From: Patescibacteria group bacterium
GTDB lineage: Bacteria > Patescibacteriota > Saccharimonadia > CAILAD01 > JADZBC01
Reading direction: 5' to 3'
Assembly: GCA_052034495.1 (NCBI GenBank)
Contig: JBPOIL010000001.1
Coordinates: 14-64,013, forward strand
Length of the DNA stretch: 64,000 bases
This document shows, in pieces, positions 57,506-64,000 of the stretch. Position 1 is the first letter of the stretch, and every line of letters begins with the position of its first letter. The translations under genes were made by a program, and so were the position numbers. Below the pieces are notes generated by a model that saw only the letters and a program-made list of their open reading frames with translations, did no database searches and was not told where the DNA came from.

Positions 57506-59613
57506 AGTACAAAAAGTTACTCCTAATCTTATTGGCATTATCGGCATCGGTTTATTTGTATTTTGCCTACAAGTATCGTTTTGATTTACGCTTTGCACTG
57601 AGCTTGTTAAAACAAAAAAGATTAGTCGGCCTACTGACCATCTCAACTGCTCTGCTGTTTGCCGGCCACACTATCCGTGCCTACAAAACCAAAATATTAA
57701 TTGACGAGATCAAGCCATCCAAACTAAAAACCAACCTACGTGCTTTATTCGCAGGTTATTTATTCAATACTCTTTTACCCTTTAGACTAGGCGAAGTCAT
57801 CAGGGCGTTGATACTAGGTAGATCTCTGTCTATCAGTACCGGTTTTACGTTCTCTTTAATACTTCTAGAAAGAGCAGTAGACGGCCTAATACTCGGGTCA
57901 GTAAGTTTAGTCCTTTTCAACTATAGCCAGTACGTTATTAATGTCGATTTAAGCCAGTATGCTGTATTTTCGTACTTAATCCTGTTTCTGGCTATTGTCC
58001 TTTTCTCAACAATCAACATGATGAGAAGCCAAAACACCCATTTTTTAAAGGCCTGCTATGTAGCGACAAGTTTTTTGAACGATAAATATAAGAATCTAGC
58101 GCGATTTAAGCTTTGGTCGATAATCTATGGCCTACAAAAGACTGTCGATAAAAAACACATGTTCAAATACTCCCTTTACACAGTTATTATGTGGGGCTTC
58201 TACCTCTCGGCTATGTATTTACTCGCGAGCTACTTTTTTGCAGCCAAAGACATATTTGTAGAATCGGTAAGATCGGTAGCACCTTATCTTGGTACAGCAA
58301 TACCTTCAGGTCCAGCCTACATCGGAACCTATCAGTCTATCGTGGGCCCAATACTCGATAGCATATACTCGTCGCCAGTTTCGTTCACCTACATGGTATA
58401 TTCTTGGCTGCTCATCGTTGTACCGACCTCGCTTGTTGGCGTGTACGCCGTTCTGCGCACCAATGAAGATTTTCAGAAACAGCAGAAAACAATAAGTAAA
58501 TCAAAAATGCATAACAAGCTGGAGAGGGCAGGAGACATAAGTGCAGAAATGGCTGCATTTTTAGATGCTTTCTTCTCTTCGAATAGTCTCTCACACATAC
58601 TTCATAGGCTTGAATTAAACGAAGATATGAAACTCATAAAGTATTTCAAAGGAGGCTCAGATGCAAGTACGATACTTGTGCACAATGACGGCCTATACAA
58701 GGTTAGAAAAATTACGCCCATTCAGCACGCCAAAAAACTCCAAAACCAGTACGATTGGCTTAGAGAAAAGAACAGTCTAGATAGCGTAGTGAACATAATC
58801 AGCTCAAATATGACAGATACATATTACAGCATTGACATCGAATATTACCCAGAGTTTGTCCCATTCTTTGAATTCATGCACGCAAACCCTATTCAGCCAA
58901 GCGTTAAAATCATAACTGAAATTTTTGAATACATGTTTAAGCACATATACAAGCCGGGGAAAGAAAGCTTACACTCTGATCATGCTAAGGAGTATATAAA
59001 GAACCGGCTAGTTAACAAGGTTCTGCAGGCCAGCAAGATAAATCCCGACATTCAGCAAATCTTAGACTTAGAAACACTCAATATTAATGGCGTAGAGTAT
59101 ATGAACATACTTAATATTGTCGAAAAGATCAGTCATAACACAGCCGCAATGAGAGATATAAGCACCTATCGAGAAAGCCCGATTCATGGAGACCTCACTG
59201 TAGACAATATTCTTACTTCAACTAAAAATCACTCCTTCAAAATAATTGACCCTACGGACGAGAATGAAATATCTTCACCGGTTGTTGATTTTGGCAGGCA
59301 ACTGCAGTCTCTTGAGTTTGGCTATGAGTTTCTTTGTCGAGATGAAAGACCTACTAAGGCTCTAGGCAATATAATTAGCTATGACAATGAAAAATCAGCA
59401 CAGTATGAGAAGCTAAAGGTACAGCTATTGAAACTTGCAAAAAAACACCTAACCCGGGCTGAGTATAAAAGCATCCTTTTCCATACTGGAGTAATGTATT
59501 CTAGAATGCTAACCCACAGAGTGCACATTAATCCAAGCAACGCAGTAAAATTTTACGCCATTTCCGCCATTGCTTTAAATGAGTTTTATAATCAATATGA
59601 AAAATCTGTATAA
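57502..59613 (+). CDS. Fusion of lysylphosphatidylglycerol-synthase-like TM (flippase-like) domain and APH/choline-kinase-like phosphotransferase
   Basis: LPFRLGEVIR, ERAVD, IPSGPAYIGTY; then GGSDAST, HGDLTVDNI, IIDP. Confidence 0.75.
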   Translation: MKYKKLLLILLALSASVYLYFAYKYRFDLRFALSLLKQKRLVGLLTISTALLFAGHTIRAYKTKILIDEIKPSKLKTNLRALFAGYLFNTLLPFRLGEVIRALILGRSLSISTGFTFSLILLERAVDGLILGSVSLVLFNYSQYVINVDLSQYAVFSYLILFLAIVLFSTINMMRSQNTHFLKACYVATSFLNDKYKNLARFKLWSIIYGLQKTVDKKHMFKYSLYTVIMWGFYLSAMYLLASYFFAAKDIFVESVRSVAPYLGTAIPSGPAYIGTYQSIVGPILDSIYSSPVSFTYMVYSWLLIVVPTSLVGVYAVLRTNEDFQKQQKTISKSKMHNKLERAGDISAEMAAFLDAFFSSNSLSHILHRLELNEDMKLIKYFKGGSDASTILVHNDGLYKVRKITPIQHAKKLQNQYDWLREKNSLDSVVNIISSNMTDTYYSIDIEYYPEFVPFFEFMHANPIQPSVKIITEIFEYMFKHIYKPGKESLHSDHAKEYIKNRLVNKVLQASKINPDIQQILDLETLNINGVEYMNILNIVEKISHNTAAMRDISTYRESPIHGDLTVDNILTSTKNHSFKIIDPTDENEISSPVVDFGRQLQSLEFGYEFLCRDERPTKALGNIISYDNEKSAQYEKLKVQLLKLAKKHLTRAEYKSILFHTGVMYSRMLTHRVHINPSNAVKFYAISAIALNEFYNQYEKSV

Positions 59614-60979
59614 AACATACGCAAGACTTACTAAGAAGTACCCCAATAAAACTTTTGCACTGTTTTACATCAGCTGCCTAGTGATAGCTACTGTGATAGT
59701 TTTTTTACGGTTTCCAAACAATTTCACGGCACCAAACTTTTACGGCGAAGATGGCAGTATATACTTTGTGAATATTCTAGAACTTGGATTCATCAAGGCG
59801 CTCATCACTGCGTTTAACGGCTATTTCATATCTGGCTTATACCTACTGACCGGGCTTGGGCTATTGCTTAATAAAGTATTTTTCCAATCCAACTTTGCAG
59901 ATTTACCCCGCAGCATTAGTATCGTCTCCTACTTATTTATTGGCTTCTCACTGACATTGCCTATACTGCTTTTCAAAAAGCAACTCACCAAATATTGGGC
60001 AGTTGTGCTGGTGTTATTGAGCGCTTTCGTACCATTAAGACAATCAGACTATGCAATTTTTGGTACCATAGGTAATTTAAAATGGCTATTTTTTTACATC
60101 GCATTCTTGTTGACTGTCTATAGGTACATTAATTACAAAAAGAAATGGGACCAGCTAGTAATCGTGGATTTAAGTATCCTTATATGTGCCTACACCAACA
60201 GCACTACCTACCTGCTCATCCCTATAGCATTTACGCCTTATATAATTGACTACGCCAAGGCTTTTAAGAAGCCAACTCTACCAAAACCCTTTCAAGCAAG
60301 CTCTTTCTGGTCGCTTTGTGCAGTGACTTTTTTATTATTGCCACAGCTCATCTACGTAAGAATTCACGGCATACCTAAGATCCCAGGCTATCTAGATACG
60401 CCCTTTCAGGCTTCAAGGACAATCGAGATATTCATAGGTCGCTCATTTGAGTATAGTTTCACTTATGGGATATATCATCCATTCACTGATTTCCTGGCCA
60501 TTATTACCATTGCAGTCGCCACGGCCTTCCTATGCCTGCTCTATAATAAGAGATACAGGCCAATACTGCCCATTGGAATATATGCAGTAGTTTGTGCAAC
60601 GCTCTTATTTGTAATAAACAGACCGGGTATTTCGGATTTCTTTTATGGTTACAAGAATGGCGGCCCCGATCAGTTTTTTTATGTGCAAAACTTAATAGTA
60701 TACTTTTTAGTCGTAGCAGCGTTCTTTGCAAAAAACATAACCAAAATGACCAAGTGGCTATTTGCATCACTTCTCATAGTGTTTATTATTGCAAACTACC
60801 CCCTCGGCAGTTCTTTAGGCAGGAACGACGTAATGCAGAAGACCCGAGGGGATATTTATACCAACCTTAAAGAGCAATGTAATAAATCTGCAGAAAACTT
60901 TATTCTTTCCATCTACCCCTCTGAAGACTGGGAAATATCCACTAGCAAGGCACGGGCATGTAGGGGGCTAGAGAAGTGA
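59597..60979 (+). CDS. Polytopic membrane protein, putative GT-C-type glycosyltransferase
   Basis: About ten TM segments; FYGEDG acidic loop after TM1; next to GtrA. Confidence 0.55.
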   Translation: MKNLYKTYARLTKKYPNKTFALFYISCLVIATVIVFLRFPNNFTAPNFYGEDGSIYFVNILELGFIKALITAFNGYFISGLYLLTGLGLLLNKVFFQSNFADLPRSISIVSYLFIGFSLTLPILLFKKQLTKYWAVVLVLLSAFVPLRQSDYAIFGTIGNLKWLFFYIAFLLTVYRYINYKKKWDQLVIVDLSILICAYTNSTTYLLIPIAFTPYIIDYAKAFKKPTLPKPFQASSFWSLCAVTFLLLPQLIYVRIHGIPKIPGYLDTPFQASRTIEIFIGRSFEYSFTYGIYHPFTDFLAIITIAVATAFLCLLYNKRYRPILPIGIYAVVCATLLFVINRPGISDFFYGYKNGGPDQFFYVQNLIVYFLVVAAFFAKNITKMTKWLFASLLIVFIIANYPLGSSLGRNDVMQKTRGDIYTNLKEQCNKSAENFILSIYPSEDWEISTSKARACRGLEK

Positions 60980-61416
60980 GCAGGGCGCTGCTTTCCAGGC
61001 AAAGCCCGTACGGCCAGATCATTCGCTATGTCGTGATGGCTTCAGTTGTCGTCACAATAGAGGTTGTTTCATTCTGGGTAATGAATTCAAGAATTGGCCT
61101 GAGGTACGAGGCGGCTGCCGTACTCAGTATGGCCATAGGCATTGTTTTAAATTGGCTCGGGAGTAACTACTTCGTCTTCAATAAAAGCAGGTTCCACCCA
61201 GTCCATGAGTTTATTCTTGTTGCAGGGGTGAGTTTAGTAGGTGTAGGTCTGCAATTACTGACCCTACATGTAGCAGTAGAGTATTTTAACATTTTGCCAG
61301 TGATCGGTAAGTTTGTCGCAATTTGTTTTACCTTTGTCTGGAACTTCTTGGTAAGGAAGCTCTATATCTTCAAAAATACTAAAGACAAGAAAGATATCGA
61401 CCCGTACGCAGTATGA
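60976..61416 (+). CDS. GtrA family protein
   Basis: QIIRY, NWLGSNYFVF and WNFLVRKLYIF; four TM segments. Confidence 0.88.
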   Translation: MSRALLSRQSPYGQIIRYVVMASVVVTIEVVSFWVMNSRIGLRYEAAAVLSMAIGIVLNWLGSNYFVFNKSRFHPVHEFILVAGVSLVGVGLQLLTLHVAVEYFNILPVIGKFVAICFTFVWNFLVRKLYIFKNTKDKKDIDPYAV

Positions 61417-61718
61417 AAACTACAGGTTAAACCCGCATTTGTAGTAAGGAATATTCCAGTCACTGCAAAAAAAACACTGCCCCAAATCCTATGGCCACCC
61501 GAGCGCCATAGGACAGGGCGCAGCCCAAGGCAATATGAGCCCCTGTACTCCGGGCGTAATAGGTAGTCTAATTCCACCAGAGCCTATTCTGCTATTGAGT
61601 GGTGTAGGTTTTAGGGCGGTATATTTTTTTAGGACAGAGGAAGGCAATACTTGCCTCCTATGTTCTTATCAAGGTCAGTTTGACCACAAGAAACCTTGAC
61701 CACTATGCTATAATTGTT

Positions 61719-62309
61719 ATGAATGGGGGCAATTCATTTACGGTGAAAAAAACAAACAACAAACATTTCCGAAAAAATAAGAAAATAGCGCTGATAGTAG
61801 CATTAGTCATGCTTGCTATCGCTTGTGTGTTTGCATACCAATTGACCAGAAGGGAGTCCCCAGATCTTGTCCAGGGAAGGCCTTCAAAACCCATTCAGGA
61901 TTCCAGCGCTAGCTCGGAGGACCCCGAGTCGGCCACGAACCAGAACAGTACTAAGCCCGTCGAGAACAGCGCTCCATTCGCCGGCAGTACTTCGACACAA
62001 GCCGAGCCTAACGGTCTGCCTATACCAATTCTGGCAAAAAGCAGCGGCAATAACGGTTCAATTCCACCTGGTGTTCTCATAAACTTCACTTGTACATCAA
62101 CCCCAGGCTACTTTTGCGAGGTTAAGCTGGAAAAGAGCGGGGCTAATCCGATCATTCTAGAGAAGAAGCAGCTTACGGGCGAAATGGGTCAGAGCTTCGC
62201 AAGCTGGAATTGGGAATCTGTTAGCGGCAAGTGGAGTGTTACGGCACTATTGAGCAATAACAGCGGCCAGGCCAAAAGTTCTGCTGCACAAACCCTGGAG
62301 GTAAGATAA
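61719..62309 (+). CDS. Membrane-anchored hypothetical protein
   Basis: Basic stretch, TM, S/P/T linker, beta-rich domain; start uncertain. Confidence 0.6.
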   Translation: MNGGNSFTVKKTNNKHFRKNKKIALIVALVMLAIACVFAYQLTRRESPDLVQGRPSKPIQDSSASSEDPESATNQNSTKPVENSAPFAGSTSTQAEPNGLPIPILAKSSGNNGSIPPGVLINFTCTSTPGYFCEVKLEKSGANPIILEKKQLTGEMGQSFASWNWESVSGKWSVTALLSNNSGQAKSSAAQTLEVR

Positions 62310-63508
62310 TGAATATACTTAAGAAGTTACTATTTGTAGTTTTTGCAGTGGTAGTTGTCGTTACAGTCCAGGCTGCTCCGGCTAAGGCTTATTCTAACGA
62401 GAATATGATCGATAATGCGGTCTTTGACAATAAAGATGCTATGAACGAGTCTCAAATCCGCGCATTTATTCAGTCGCGACCCAATACATGCTTAACCCGT
62501 GTGGGTGCTGGCCTTGGCGGCGGCAATATCTTTGATGAGCCAATGGACTACTTTACGTACGGACCCAATAAAGTTGATGCTGCTCGAGTAATCTACAAAG
62601 CTGCGCAGTACAACGAGATCAACCCGAGAGTGATCTTAGCTACGCTGCAAAAAGAACAGAGTATGATTACCGACAGTGATTGCTACAGCGATGCACCTTC
62701 ACTAAATAAGGCCATGGGCTACGCTTGCTACGAGGGCGCCGATGCTTGTCCGGCAAGCTGGGCAGCTGGTTTTGAAAAGCAGATTATGAAGGGCGCTTGG
62801 CAATTAGCTTTTGATCGCCAGCGAGCTGAGGGTAATACGAGCTGGGGAGGGAATGATTCCATTACGTATGGCGGCCGTATGACGGAAGGCAACCGTAGGC
62901 GTTGCGGCACCTGCACACTTATATACTACGACGGCTATTCTGTGATTGATGGTGTGAATACCCGAATGGGCAACGGTGCCACCGCCTCCCTCTATAACTA
63001 CACGCCACATCGAAACCAGAGCTTCCCGTATTGGTTTGAGCAGTTCTTTGGTTCAGGGGCTACTACTGCCGCCCAAGATCCTGCTTACCCACTTTGGGTA
63101 GTTTTTAGAGCGTTTAATAAGTATAGCGGCAAACATCTATACACCATGGACGTTGATGAATGGAAAAACTCTCCAAAGTTTGGCTATTCTCAAGAGAACT
63201 ATGTATTCATACAGTACCCAAGCGCAACAAATGTTCCATTATGGAGGCTTAACAACCCTCAAAAACGGAAATACTTTTATACTACAAGTTATGCAGAGGC
63301 TGATTATGCCGCACGTCGCCTGGGTTATATTATCGAAGGGGTAGCATTCAATGTTGAACCTGCTTTAAAGCCAGGCCTCAAACCAGTTTATAGAGTATAT
63401 AACCCGTATATAGATAATCATTTATTCACTCAAAGCATCACAGAAAGAGACCAGGCTCTTACTCAGAAGTGGTATATTAACGAAGGTATAGCCTGGTATT
63501 CTTATTAA
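62309..63508 (+). CDS. Secreted cell-envelope protein (lysozyme-like 'hemagglutinin-related' domain plus DUF5648-like repeats)
   Basis: Signal peptide; INPRVILATLQKEQS...NGATASLYNYTPH; YRVYNP..HLFT....E...EGIAW. Confidence 0.6.
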   Translation: MNILKKLLFVVFAVVVVVTVQAAPAKAYSNENMIDNAVFDNKDAMNESQIRAFIQSRPNTCLTRVGAGLGGGNIFDEPMDYFTYGPNKVDAARVIYKAAQYNEINPRVILATLQKEQSMITDSDCYSDAPSLNKAMGYACYEGADACPASWAAGFEKQIMKGAWQLAFDRQRAEGNTSWGGNDSITYGGRMTEGNRRRCGTCTLIYYDGYSVIDGVNTRMGNGATASLYNYTPHRNQSFPYWFEQFFGSGATTAAQDPAYPLWVVFRAFNKYSGKHLYTMDVDEWKNSPKFGYSQENYVFIQYPSATNVPLWRLNNPQKRKYFYTTSYAEADYAARRLGYIIEGVAFNVEPALKPGLKPVYRVYNPYIDNHLFTQSITERDQALTQKWYINEGIAWYSY

Positions 63509-63548
63509 GCTGTTTGACTGAGAGGTTCTATCAAACTACAATTAGTTT

Positions 63549-64000
63549 GTGAGCAAGCCAGATACTCTAGACATCTCTGTAATAATACCGTTTTATAACA
63601 AAGCTGATATGACGATAGGCTGCGTGAACAGTCTATTTATGTATGGCCCACAGGTAAAAGAAATACTACTCATCAATAACAACTCTCAGCAACGGGAAGT
63701 AGATCAGATATTTGATTACACACAGCAACATAATAACGTTGAGTTGTTGCATTATGCCAAGCCATTCAACTATCAGAAACTTAATAATTGGGCTGTAAAA
63801 CAGTCGACTGGCAAGTTTATCTTATTCCTGAATAACGACACTGAGCTTGTAAAAAACAGCACTGGCCTAATAGAGAGCATGTACAATAAGGCTAAAGACA
63901 AGAAGATTGGCGCTGTAGGCTGCTTATTATTGTATGGAGATAATAAAACCGTTCAGCATGGCGGGGTATTTTTAGTGACGGCAGGATTGGCGGACCATAT
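63549..64000 (+). CDS. GT2 glycosyltransferase, partial
   Basis: ISVIIPFYNK, FNYQKLNN, LFLNNDTE and VQHGG; runs off the window edge. Confidence 0.85.
   Translation, partial: MSKPDTLDISVIIPFYNKADMTIGCVNSLFMYGPQVKEILLINNNSQQREVDQIFDYTQQHNNVELLHYAKPFNYQKLNNWAVKQSTGKFILFLNNDTELVKNSTGLIESMYNKAKDKKIGAVGCLLLYGDNKTVQHGGVFLVTAGLADH

Overview
64-kb chromosomal window from a Patescibacteria (CPR) genome, most likely Saccharimonadia-like. The assignment is inferred from gene content and order, not from a database search. The right half holds the replication origin region (dciA-recF-dnaN-oriC-dnaA / rpmH-rnpA-yidD-yidC-jag-mnmE). Directly beside it is a CPR-type type IV secretion locus (five VirB2-like pilins, VirB6-, PrgI- and VirB4-like proteins, two peptidoglycan hydrolases, no relaxase). 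An rfbBCDA operon and a low-GC glycosylation cassette follow. The left half holds housekeeping genes (manB, two FemAB enzymes, tsaD, valS, four tRNAs, comF, Hsp20). Two unexplained things sit among them. (1) A ~860-nt hairpin-dense unit (5385-6244, minus strand) with its own consensus promoter and terminator and no credible ORF, a candidate large structured ncRNA. (2) A series of self-contained islets of unrecognised genes, several missed by the ORF track. Most have a sigma70 promoter, a strong Shine-Dalgarno and 3' GC hairpins, and some have extreme G/C-ending codon usage (up to 180/183 codons), whereas many core genes look leaderless with mixed codon usage. No CRISPR array, transposase or integrase was seen.
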